Positions 1 through 12,346 of a stretch of DNA of 64,000 nt are shown in pieces. The position numbers were made by a program, and so were the translations under genes. Numbering within the stretch: the first letter of the stretch is position 1; each line of letters opens with the position of its first letter. The stretch spans positions 62,001-126,000 of the forward strand of contig MU619248.1 of the NCBI GenBank assembly GCA_025201805.1, in the 5' to 3' direction. The notes below the pieces were generated by a model. It was given only the letters and a program-made list of their open reading frames with translations, was not told the DNA's origin and did not search any database. This stretch comes from Parasitella parasitica NRRL 2501. Taxonomy: Eukaryota; Fungi; Mucoromycota.

Positions 1-1824
1 ATTAACTGTGCTTTCCATTCGAATCTCTTTTTCTTTGGTAGTAAACGTAGATTTTATGCTGACACCATCGGATAACGATACTTCAACAACCTTATTCAAT
101 ATGAATTTTATATAATCGTCTTTAACTTGGGCATGGATATGAAACGAATTAGGCAAAAACAGATCAATTTCATCCTTGACTGGTGCCTTCTTAATGCGTC
201 TCTGATTGATGCTATCATGAGAAGAATCATCAATGTCTAATTCTTCTCGTAGTTGTAAGATTGCTGGAGGTAGCAAGGAATTTACAATTCGAATCATTGT
301 AAAAGGCTTCTGCATCGCACCTTCAGAAATTTGATTCCCAAACATAATATAAGGCCTATAGTAGTTTCGTATTTCTGCTACCTTTTCGCTTACAAAAGTT
401 GTATGAAGCAAGTGCTTATAAAGTAAATGTTCTCCTTCATTTTTTGTGAAAGCAGCACTGTCAAATGTCACTACACTGTGAATCCCATCAGGCGAGTTTT
501 TGACTGGATTGAACGCAGATAGAACTTTCTTGACACTGTGGCACGTATTTGTCAAAAATAGACGTATTTTTGGATTTGAGCAGATTTCAGCTACCAATGA
601 GCCACAATTTATGCCTTCCAAGCAAGATTTTAGTTTAGATTCGTCCAAATCATGACGACCATTTTGTATGATCTTGGTCAATGGAACATCACCCTTCTTC
701 TCTCTGTACTGGAAAACAAAGTTAACTAAAGATAAGCTATACAGAAGCTTTGTAAACTTACAACTAGCATGTAAATATCAAATAACCTTTTTGCAATTTC
801 CTCTGCTACTAAAGAAGTAAATCCTTCGCTATTAACTCCAATCATCTCTTTTGCTTTAAGCGAAAAAGTATCACGAACATGATGCAGTTTTTGGGTTATA
901 GTCTTTGTGGATATAAGCAACTTTTTCTTTTGGTCAACAGGATCTGTCATGTCAAGCTTTCCTTTTGCATTTTTAAGGATGATCCCCTTTATCAAACCTT
1001 TGAGACTAGGAAGTCTAATCATTTCAGTGTGCAATACGGTGGGCGACAGTAAGAGCTCCTCTGTTGTAAGCTTGTTTGACACTGTGCTTAACTCTTTGGC
1101 GTTTTGCATTTGAAAGCAGGAAATACCAAAAATTATGCCATCTGTCTCGATATCTGGCACCATACTACATAGCAAGTACTTTCTTTCTCTTATGAAATCC
1201 TGTCGATAGCTAGCCTCGCTTGTTTTTCCCAAGTAGCTGACATAACAATCTAAAAAAGGTAAGAGCACCAGTCGGCTTCTATGGTCACCCAGTGTAATCC
1301 ACTTGGCCTCCAAAAACAGCTTGCGGATAAAGTCATGGTACCTTTCACCTTGCCATTCAATAGGAGTGATGAACAAAAACTGACACTTGTCGAAATCAAT
1401 TATTTCATGATGTCTCAGTGCGTCCATTATGTGCTTGAAAAAACTGACGATGGCAGAAAGGTTATAAGCGTCTTCCCTTGTTCTTTGGCTCTCTCTTTTT
1501 GAATATATTGCAAAGCATCTCAGGAAAATATCCTTGACATGTAAATTCAACTTTTTGTCTATAACACTGTCTGCGTTATACTATAGTTCACATGTCAGTT
1601 TGAACAGCCACAGATGATTATCATAAACAGACATTATATATGTATTCAATACTTATAGCACGATTAAGGCTTCGATACAATTCGATCTTTCCTTTCTCGA
1701 GATCTGTTGCATTCGACGTGAATGCAAAAGATGTAAGATATAATAACAAGCGGATATTTTGATTGATTGACTTACAAATGCAAATTACTTCATCATACAG
1801 AGCGTACGCGTATAATTCCTTCAT
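1..1824 (-). CDS. Hypothetical multi-exon protein, possibly a divergent actin-like ATPase/HSPA12-like family member; 3' end runs off the window
   Basis: ORFs 1621-1824 and 726-1550 plus coding-like sequence continuing to position 1. FLFITPIEW...IRKLFLEAKWI...RL loosely resembles the ITVPAIW...R..A..AG.I...RL segment of HSPA12-like proteins. Exon boundaries and start uncertain. Confidence 0.4.
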
Positions 1825-2012
1825 GTTGGAGATACGAGAACAAAAAGAGGTTTTTTATTTGCGCCAAAGAAGCCTATTAGAGTTGTGCCGTTTCGTCGAC
1901 TGTCTAAAATCGGCAACTTCCGAAGTAAGTTTAATAACCCAATAAAAATAGTATTGTTTCTATGTAATGAACAAGGTAAAAGGCGGCGATGATGAAATAA
2001 GTCTATTTTTTT

Positions 2013-3661
2013 TTAGACGGCAAAGGTCGTTTGTTGAGATTCCTGCAAAGGCATATTGTGATTTAATTGCTCGTCAGTCCACATTGGCTTGACGCCATCA
2101 TGATCTCCATCGCCAACATTGCAGCGGCCACCTTCAGCCTCGTAATCAGCGATACGTTTAAAGCCGTATTTACTCCAGATGGCTTGCAAGGAACCGACAA
2201 GATGGTCAACCATTTCAGGAGTATGGCCAGGAGAAGGAGTGATGCGAAGACGTTCGTGACCGACAGGTACAGTGGGGAAATTGATCGATTGGACGTAAAT
2301 GTTGTACTTGCTCAACAATTCGTCTGATGCCAACTTGGCAGCGGCAGCATCGCCCAACAGAATAGGGACAATATGAGAAGGGTTGGGAACAACGGGAATA
2401 CCAAGCTCGCCTAAGCGGGACTTGACAGTACGAGCATTCAACTGTTGCATGCGACGCTCAGTGTTGGAGGTTTTGAGATAGCTAACACATGCCTTTCCAC
2501 CAGCAACAATGACAGGAGGCAAAGAAGTAGTGAAGATGAAACCAGGGGCGTATGAGCGGATCATATCAATAAATCGAGACGAGCCAGCAATGTAACCACC
2601 TACAACACCAAAACTCTTTCCCAACGTGCCAGTATAAATATCAATTTCGTCCATAATGCTGCCATTACCGCGACGAGGGTTAATGGCATTCAAATCAAAG
2701 TCAAGATGTTCAGCAATGCCCGCACCACGGGGACCATAAATGCCCACAGCATGGACTTCATCTAAAAATGTAATAGCATTATACTTTTTGGCCAACTCAA
2801 CAAATTTTGCAATAGGTGCAATAGAACCACACATGGAATACACAGACTCAAAGGCAATAATCTTGGGGCGGTTGATGTCAACGGATTTCAGCAGCTGCTC
2901 AAGATGCTCGGGGTCATTGTGGCGGAAAATGTACTTTTCTGCTTTGGAATGGCGAATACCCTCAATCATGGAAGCATGGTTCAACTCGTCAGAAAAGATG
3001 ACACAGTTTGGCATCTTGGATCCCAGGGTAGATAGAGTGGCATCGTTGGCTACCATACAAGAAGAGAAAACAAGGGCCCCCTCTGTGTGGTGCAAATCGG
3101 CTATTTCAGATTCTAATTGCAAGTGCAGTTCAGCGTTACCAGCAATGTTCCGAGTACCACCAGCACCTGCACCATAACGATCCAGAGTCTCTCTGTATTT
3201 CTTATTATTAGTTTCAAATAAAAGATGGATGGGGTGTAGATAACCTACTTCATAGAATTAAGCAAGAGAGGATTGGCACCCATGCCCAAATAGTCATTAG
3301 CGCACCAGACTGTTACTTCGTCGGTAGGTCGGGCAAGGTGAGCCATGGGGAACTTTCTGGCGAGACGATTGATGTTGTTAAAGTAGCGGTAACTCTTGTC
3401 ATTGTGTTTTTTTTTCAGCATTTGCTCGTAGAAGCCTTCATAAGAAAAGGGCTTTGAAGTAGTGCGTTGCTCGTTTTTGGCAGGAACACTGGCATTGGAT
3501 TGCACGCCTCTGGTTTGAGTAGCAGGACCCATTACTGGACACTGATTAGCCTTGATTAACAATCCGTTAGGCTTCTTGCCGACTAATTGCCTTAGGGCCG
3601 TACTGTTGCTACCGCGCAAAAAAGGACATGCTTTACGAGCGCGCAAAATAATAGCCTCCAT
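2013..3661 (-). CDS. HEM1: 5-aminolevulinate synthase, mitochondrial
   Basis: [38 protein letters not shown] lysine in GTLGKSFG; one GT-AG intron 3248-3193; two CP motifs in the presequence. Confidence 0.97.
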
Positions 3662-3995
3662 GCTAGATGATACAGAGATACAAAAGGAGGAGTTGGGAGT
3701 CGAGACCCATCATTATCTATTTATATGTATAAAAATTATATTTGAATGCCATCGATTGAATCAGGACAAAATGTGTCAGATTCAAGTAAATCAGAATGAT
3801 GGTGTTTTAATTGATGCTCATGTATATAATAGAGCTTATATGTGAGTGTCTAATTCTCAGAGAGATCACCGATAAGCTCGTGTAACATTCTGCAGTCTTT
3901 TCCCTTCCGATTTAGAAAAGAATGGCGTGTTTATTTTTGGCGTATATGACAAGTAGTCAAAATAATAATAATTTACAATATTTCATACGATGTGA

Positions 3996-5213
3996 TCACG
4001 AAGAAACTGTCCCATCTGAATGATAAGGTATATTTCCATCAGATTGTGTCAAGATTGGGCTCATTTGAGGTGCCATATCTTGAGTATCAGTTGGTACAAT
4101 AATGTCGTTGAATGGTTCCTGAATTAGGTTTCTTTCAATGTTCCCTTTCTCGAATTCATCGTACTGTCTATGCACTAAAAGATCTTGCCAAATGCTCTTT
4201 GCTGGTCTCATATTGTTGAATATATTGATCTTGTTTTTGAGATTTTTTGATGGAGCGATATTGGAGAATTCGGATGACAATGGAGGCATTGGTGGCTTTC
4301 TGTAAAAGTTGTAAGATGTACGCGCTGCGATGATCAAAATCCAGTGTATCTGTTTGATTGAATTCAGGAACATATCATCTTAGCTCGTACGACTGTTCAC
4401 TTACATAAACCACATACATGATTATCATGCATAAAAAGGACCATTTCACTTCATCTTGAAATAATCTCTCACAGTTATAAGCATCCATTGTATTTGTTAA
4501 AGTCGAATTCAAAGTCGATAAAGTCGATGCTGTTGAATTTACATTATATTCTATGTATACATCCTTGACATAGTTTGCCGAGGATCCAATGCACCAATCG
4601 TTGAACGCCTTCTTTTCTATGATAAATGATACGAAACAACCCAAGGTACTAATCAACACTGCAAGTGCATTCGCAGTGATGGCAAAAACGGTTCTCTTTG
4701 ATTTCTCAAGCACACTGAATACACCAACTCCTTGCATTCTCTAAACTCAAATGTTAAATACTGTACAATGTGTAACTGACCCTAAGCGCAATACTTGCCA
4801 TAACATTCATCCTGAATAGAAATATTACCATGCTACTAAAAGTGACAATCCCAAAAAGCAGATTAATAGCAGCAAATGCTACCAGCACCCCTTCTTGCAG
4901 GTAAGAGTAGAATGCTAATTCACGATTAACAATTAGTGTAATTCGGTTTGTTGATGCTTGTGTACATACGACTCTTATTCATAAGCCCCAGAACTGCAAA
5001 ATAGAAGCTGATTCCCTGTGTTATTGGAGACAATGAATATTACAACTACAAATTAATAAATCAAGGAGATCTTACCGCCCAACAAAAACAGACGAGCAGA
5101 GAATTCGAATCGCCAGGTATGCATCCGCAGCAATACGCTCTAAATCGTCCGGATCTAACGTAATGATCAAGCTCGCCTTGTCGCCTTGCTTGATCTATTT
5201 GCTGAAAATTCAT
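3996..5213 (-). CDS. Uncharacterised multi-pass membrane protein (CCGCIP motif near N-terminus, ~4 hydrophobic segments)
   Basis: ATG at 5213 (MNFQQIDQARR..); ORF pieces 5061-5333, 4375-4737 and 3996-4373 separated by GT-AG introns; hydrophobic stretches. Confidence 0.65.
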
Positions 5214-5352
5214 GATAACAAAAGTGGTGAATAAAAGAGAGAAAGATATGCAAATTAAATGATCTGATTTATTTATATATAAAGCTTTGAACAAACAGTA
5301 AATATCTAAAAATGGAATGTTGAAATACAACAATGCCTAATTAAGGCTTCTT

Positions 5353-6060
5353 TCAAAGAAAGGTGTTTTGTACATGTTGGCGAATGGTAGCTAAAGGATT
5401 TTCTTTAAAGGCATTATGCTGCATAACTTTTTGCATGCGTAATATTTCTTGCATCCTATATTTTTGTTAGTCTTAATAAAGCAACTAGGTCTACAGATCA
5501 CTCACTCTGCTTGTTTTTTCGATTTTTTAGACTTGATCTTGTTTGAGGGTATTGCTGCTTCTTTGGCAAGTGCAGCTAGTTTCTTTGAGTGTGTTGCTTG
5601 GCTTTCCAGCTCTTGTTTCGATTTTATTTGAATGCTGCTCAAAACATCTTGGAATCCGCTCAAGTCAGTCTTCAGCCCATCCTTTTTTCTATTTTCTTTT
5701 TTTTGCAATTTCTTTTTGACAGCATACGACCGATCTAACTCTGTACATTTACACATTTAAGAGTACGGGTTAACATTTTGATTGTTTTTTTTCTTTTTCT
5801 TTGTCGTAATTACTTTCGAGCCATGCTTCGTGTCTCGCTTTCTTTTTGTAATCTTTCTTTGCTATTTCATATTCGTTTGCTGCAGCAACCTGTGATGAAG
5901 ATGAATATCACATTCAATCATGATAGATTTATCCTACCGATATCTCTTCGTTTTCAATGACAACTTTTTCAAGTACTTGCTTATCAGGTACAGCAAAATT
6001 TCTTTGGCGTAGTGGCGTATCTACTTTTTTTGAGCGGCTGCTTCTGGATACTTTTGGCAT
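5353..6060 (-). CDS. SLX9: Ribosome biogenesis protein Slx9/FAM207-like
   Basis: Basic N-terminus MPKVSRSSR; K-rich middle exon; last exon translates ...RMQKVMQHNAFKENPLATIRQHVQNTFL*, matching the Slx9 C-terminal F..NP...IR.H..N motif; two introns. Confidence 0.75.
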
Positions 6061-6727
6061 TTAATGGATTGTAAAAAAGGCTTTGATTGTGCTTCTTTTT
6101 TTTTTTTTTTTTTGCCAAAGCCTTTGCTGTGACTACCTCACTTGATTGTTGGTATTTGTTTTAAAGCAGATGTCAAAGTGAAAAAGAATAGTGATTTATT
6201 AAGCGAACAAAGGTTACATTTGCAACATTCTGGTAACCAGGTATGAACTTTTCAGATAGTATTTGTAAAGCTTGGTATTAATATTAACCAGTACAGCACT
6301 ACTCCCATGTTAAAACAAACGACATGACCAAGAAAGGATAATTCTTTAGATCACCTTGTACCTGGCGAAATAATCCCCCATTGTTTAATTTAAATTATTT
6401 CGAATATTTTTATTTTTCCCATAGTGATTGTTTTATTGAAAATGCAATTATCAGGTATTTAAATCCTTATCTCTAATCTTGTTGTCTTCCCTGCTTTTTT
6501 TTTTATTGTATTATTAGGCATAATGAAGTAACTAATACACACTGCTGTAGCGGTCTTGGGTCTTGTGGAGATTTTTTTCTTTTTTGACAAAAAATAAAAA
6601 AGGCATGATATTTTTTATGGGTTTTTTTTTTAAAAAAAGAGGGAATAAGAGAAGAGAAAAAGAAGATAAACAGGATATTAATTATATTTTGTGCTTAAAA
6701 ATACTTATTTGGTCGATGTTGACAGGT

Positions 6728-8267
6728 TTATTGGTCATCTTCCATAGCATCCTCATCTTCTTCGGGGTATTCTTCATCATATTCTTCATCGATAGTGGCT
6801 TCTTGGTATTGTTGGTATTCAGAGACGAGATCGTTCATGTTTGATTCGGCTTCAGTGAATTCCATTTCATCCATACCCTCACCTGTGTACCAATGCAAGA
6901 AAGCCTTTCTTCTGAACATGGCAGTGAATTGTTCGTTGACACGCTTGAACAAATCTTGGATAGCAGTACTGTTACCAATGAAGGTACCAGACATTTTAAG
7001 GCCAACAGGGGGAATATCACAAAGAGAGGTCTTGACACTGTTGGGGATCCATTCAACAAAGTAAGTCGAGTTCTTTTGTTGGACAGCCAACATTTGGTTT
7101 TCGACCTCCTTGGTAGACAAACGACCACGGAAAATGGTAGCAGCAGTCAAGTAACGACCATGGCGAGGATCCGAGGCAGCCATCATGTTACGGGCATCGA
7201 ACATCTGAGCAGTCAATTCAGGAACGCTCAAGTTGCGGTATTGTTGAGAGTTGAAAGCAGTAAGAGGAGCAACACCAACCATGAAGAAGTGAAGACGAGG
7301 GAAGGGAACCATGTTAACACAGAGCTTACGCAAATCACTGTTGAGTTGACCAGGGAAACGCAAACTGGTGGAAACACCAGACATGACAGCAGATACCAAT
7401 TGATTCAGATCACCGTAACCAGGGTTAGTCAATTTAAGAGTTCTAAAACAGATATCGTAAAGAGCCTCATTATCGATACAGAAAGTGGCATCACAGTTCT
7501 CAACGAGCTGATGGACGGATAAAACGGCGTTATAAGGTTCAACAACAGTATCGGATACTTTGGGGGAGGGTACAACGGAGTAGGTGCTCAAGATACGATC
7601 AGGGTATTCTTCGCGAATCTTTGAAAGCAAGAGAGAACCCAAACCAGATCCAGTACCACCACCGAGAGAGTGACAAAGTTGGAAACCTTGGAGGCAATCT
7701 GTATTTTCGGCTTCTTTACGGATGACATCCATGATAGATTCAACCAACTCGGCACCTTCAGTGTAGTAACCCTTTGCCCAGGAATTACCAGCACCAGATT
7801 GGGCATTAATAAAGTTATCGGGGCGGAAAATTTTACCGTAAGGGCTGCTGCGAATGGCATCCATAGTTGCAGGTTCAAGATCAACGAGAACAGCTCTAGG
7901 ATAACAAGGAAAACAAAAATGAGGGGGGGTTTTGTCATTGAGCAATTCAAGGAGTTTGTCTTACCTTGGCACATATTTTCCTTTGGAGCCTTCGTTGTAA
8001 AAGACGTTGATACGCTCCAATTGAAGGTCATTATCACCACCGTAATTACCGTCGGTATCGATACCATGTTCTTGTGAGATGGTTTCCCAAAACTTTTGAC
8101 CAATCTATTATAAAGCAAGCAGAAGCAGAAGCAGGAAAAAAAAAAAGTAAATAAATAAATAAATATGTACACGTGCAGCAAATCTCTCTCTCTCTCTTTT
8201 TCTCTATCCCTCTGCCTTTTCATGTGTCGATTTTGCTTGCGACTCCTTTATTCTCCTGTGCAAATAT

Positions 8268-8312
<45 letters not shown>

Positions 8313-8483
8313 AAAAGAGAGAAAGCGATAACGAAAAAGAGAGAGAATAAAACATATAAACTCGGAGAAATAGCTTACTTGGTTACCACATTGACCTGGA
8401 TAGAATGGTTAAAAAAAGTTTCACTTGGAAAAATGCAATTTTCGATGTAACTTACCAGCTTGAACGTGAATAATTTCTCTCAT
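6728..8483 (-). CDS. TUB2: Beta-tubulin (divergent Mucorales type)
   Basis: [10 protein letters not shown] start at 8483, 17-nt micro-exon 8395-8379, GGGTGSG signature, PFPRLHFF, acidic tail; additional 5'UTR intron ~8552-8495. Confidence 0.98.
8270..8307. repeat. (CA)n microsatellite in a beta-tubulin intron
   Basis: ~19 CA units read directly; (CT)n tract nearby at ~8184-8197. Confidence 0.95.
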
Positions 8484-10129
8484 AGTGAAATACCTGGTTT
8501 AATGTGAATAATCTTGGCATTTTACACGTAAAATTGCACATTTAGACTTACCAAAAAGTTTTAAAAAATAAAGAATGGAAAAGAAGATAAAAAAAAGAGG
8601 AGAAAGAGGAGAAGGAAAAAATAAATCATCTCATATACAGGTGCGAAAAGGTACCGATGCATCTCTACAACATGCTTTGATTGGGCAAAGCAATGTAATG
8701 GAGATACAAAAAACGATTTCCAGTCTATTTTAGGGAATTAACCATTTACTTTGGTGATATCGAACGCATTCTCATATACAAAATCAGCAAGCATCGTACT
8801 CATAATAGTAAAGATACCACAAGCACTAAAGTTGAAAGCCAATAGAGAAGATGAAGGCCGACTACAAATGGCCATCTTCGTTTGATCTGGTTTTGATTCT
8901 GTTGTTATAGCTTTTTTTGAAGTTGGTTTCGTCCCCCTATACAATCAATGCATTCTTTTTGAAGTTGGTTAATCTGATTTCCAGGTTATTCGCAAGCAAC
9001 AAAAGAGATCTTTCAGAACAGATATTTGATGTGAGCTTATGAGGGAAATTCCGATTTGATGTAAATAACATCTTTTGCGAGGTATTAGGTACGGCATGTT
9101 TTATATTCTTTCAAGAAGATTTGATTGTGTCCATGCGGTACTACCATAATATATATGCGATTGAAAATGCTACTGTCATACACATCAAAAACAAGCATGT
9201 GCATTAAAGTATTTTACATCAGCCTCTAAATCTTGGCTTCTGTGGTTGCTGCTGCTGCTGCTGCCATACCCTTGGTACATCAAGAATCATGTAATAAAGC
9301 AGGGTTTTTCAAAACACAAATATGAAATCCAACAAAGCATTGAAATAAAACACATTAACGTTGGGCTCTTTCATATGTCTATATAACAATCTTAAAAGCG
9401 TTGATGACCCAGAACATTTTATATATCGCTCTACTGTACAACAGTTACTTCTAGACATCAAAAGATTTAACCTCATATAGTCGGGATACAGGAGGAGGTA
9501 CACCTGTTTCTGAGTTTCGCAATACATCCGCATACATACATCATACATCATACATGTCAAAATATTCTCACTTGATACAGCATAACCATGTGTATATACA
9601 TGATTGAATGGCCTACACATCATCGCATTTGACTAATCTAGTATATTTTGACAACGACTGTTGGACTTGTGCTATTTAAAGTTGGACATGATTCACCATT
9701 TGAAATCAAACCACATGCACCTCTTTTTTTTCCCCCAAAAAAAAAGGGGGTAGATTTCGAGTATAATAGTTGATGGTATTATTAAAATGACAAATTAAAC
9801 ATCTACATGATATATAAAGACTCTCTTTCGAGCAGCAACACGTTTTGTAATATCAGATACCCCTAGCGTGGCTTCAAGACCTGACATGCATTTGGCTTAT
9901 TGTTGCTCAATGCACAACCTTCCGAATAGCAAGATTAGACATTACAGAGAAATAAAAGCAATTTCAAGTGATGCCATGGTCTTTTGACTCTCGCAGTACA
10001 TCCGAACCCTTTTTGCTGAAAAAAAAAAAAAAAGGTATTGACCCATTTTTGTCTTCACATTTCGCCCTTAGGTCCACAGGGGGGAAGATCGAAAAACACA
10101 ACAAACCTCACTTACTCCATGAAAAAACG

Positions 10130-10700
10130 AGATGTTTTCAAGCTTAATAGCTCAAAACATTCCTACAAACTTGCTAAACGTTTGCAATATATTAAATCAA
10201 AAATGTTGATATAAAAAATTGAGTTCCTGGGCAAAAACTTTATTTTAGGTTTTTGAATTTTGTAGAAATTGCTTACCATAAAATATCAGAAAAAATTACA
10301 TCGCTGTATAGAGCGTAAAAATACCTATCAGGTATCATAGACGCATAAATCTACTTGTATAGAGGTTGCAGGTTCAAACTGTAATAGAATCATTCTTTGT
10401 CATTTTTGAAGAGGTACAATCTTCGTTGATTTTAAACAGCGTCCAGTTTATGATGTTTGAATTGAACCTTATAAAATGCTTGAAAACAACAGTAGGCAGT
10501 TAACTATGGTTTGTCGACGCATCAAAACCAAAGCACAGTGGCTTCCGTGCATAATGGTAGGTGATTGAAGCATTTGCCTGTAGTCAGATCCAAAATGCAC
10601 TTTTCAAAAATCCTGACACAAGTTGATGTCTGCATGGATATTCAACACTATGGGCCATAATATGTACTTGCATTAAACCTTCAAAGATTATTTTTTTCTT
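10130..10700. mobile_element. Degenerate non-coding interspersed repeat (possible non-autonomous DNA transposon relic)
   Basis: Shares motif blocks (tagagcgt..aaaaatac..tatcatagac; aagag...ttgatt..gtcca) with 28815-28940; no ORF. Boundaries approximate. Confidence 0.35.
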
Positions 10701-10887
10701 TTAAATCAATTGAATCATCAACATCCGAACCATGTGTTTTTTCATGGTATTCACTGTGGCCAATCAGTTGTAAACCAAATGTTGATGTTCAACGAATTAC
10801 AAGGCCTTGCTGCTGAGAACTTTATTTTTTCCCCATATTACCCTTTTTCTTTCTCTCTCTTCTTTTTTTTTTACAGGATATTACAGC

Positions 10888-12275
10888 ATGGAGTTTATGA
10901 GTGCATTAGGTTCACAAGAGGACGCCTATCGTCCCTCTTTGTTTGAACTAGTTGCTCAAGAAAAACTAAAAGAGTTGCTGCAACCAGCAGTGCAATATGT
11001 ATTGGCTGTAAGTAACGACTGCTTTGACCCCGTGTACTAGCTGTGCTGACGCTTTTTATATCAGATATATGCCCAGCGATATCCTCGACTATTGTTAAGA
11101 GTTGTCAATAACCACGAGGAATTCTATGCTGCAATCATGCTACTTGTTGAAAGACACTACCTTAAAGAATGGGGTAAATCCGAGGGCAATTTGATTTTGT
11201 CATTGACCATGACTAATGCTAATTATGGGTGATTTATAGGTGGTTCTTTTGCAGAAAATTTCTATGGGTTAAAGCGAGTGGCAACATCACATTTGGACAG
11301 CGTCAAATTCACATCACCCATCAACTCGCCGTCGTCGCCTGCTTTGACTAGCAGGGAAATCACAAAATCATTGCTAGTGCTTGTAGGTTTGCCATATGTC
11401 AAGTGTCGATTGGATTTACTCTACCAAAAAGCATCAGGCGGATCAGCCTCGTCTATTTTGGGCGATGACGAGCAGTTGGAAATGGAGAACGAGGAACTGG
11501 CTAATCCAGAAACACCTACCAAGCGCAAAGTAGCGATCCGTTTAATGCGTCTATTCAAAAAGGTGTATCCCATTGTCAATTTCTTGTATTATGGATCAAA
11601 TTTAGCCTACAATATCGCTTATTTGTTTGGCAAGTCGAGATACTATACACCTTGGCTGCGTCTATTAGGTCTTGAAGTGAAGCGCATGAGCATGAATGAT
11701 TATGTAAGTTGGTTTGTTTGAGTCATTTGCAAATGCACTCACCATGCACTTGTTAGCGTGCGCACTATGATAAAGCAGCGGGGTCAACACAGCAGCCTTT
11801 CTCGTTACTCAAAAATCCTCTGGGTGCAGTTTCAACCATGTTCAGTAAAGTCGTTGAGTTTTTAAAGGTGTTGCTGCCTATGTCTATTTTCTTTTTCAAG
11901 TTCCTTGAATGGTGGTATTCTTCTGAATTCTCTAGAGGAGGAAACAGCCACGATGAAGACGGTGAAAATCTAGTGCCACCACCTGAAAAGATCAAGGTAC
12001 GTAGGAGCAGCGTGTGATGATTGCCCGCAATAGTCTAAAAACATGCCAAATTATAGCCTGATCCTCGTGGCACCCAATTACCCAGCACAGCAAATACGTG
12101 TCCATTATGTCTTTCTAGCCCCATCAATAACCCCACAGCATTACCTTCTGGCTATGTATTCTGTTACACTTGTGCTTATCACTACGTAGAGGCACATGGC
12201 CGATGTCCAGTTACATGGATCAAAATTAGCAATGGGGCAGAAGATTTGACAAAGCTGTATGCAGATGTCATGTAA
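10888..12275 (+). CDS. PEX12: Peroxin 12, RING-type E3 ligase
   Basis: [36 protein letters not shown]-terminal CPLC...[14 protein letters not shown]...CPVT; four introns. Confidence 0.95.
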
Positions 12276-12346
12276 TATCGTAGTTGACAGAGAATGAATG
12301 AATGTGTATTTTTATTATAATATATATATATAAAAAAAGAGTAAAT

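Noticed and set aside
6893-7522. Long antisense ORFs over beta-tubulin (and 18083-18748 over RPL2)
   Set aside because: Shadow ORFs expected from the biased codon usage of highly expressed genes.
8738-9623. Short ORFs upstream of beta-tubulin
   Set aside because: No motif or consistent splice pattern linking them.
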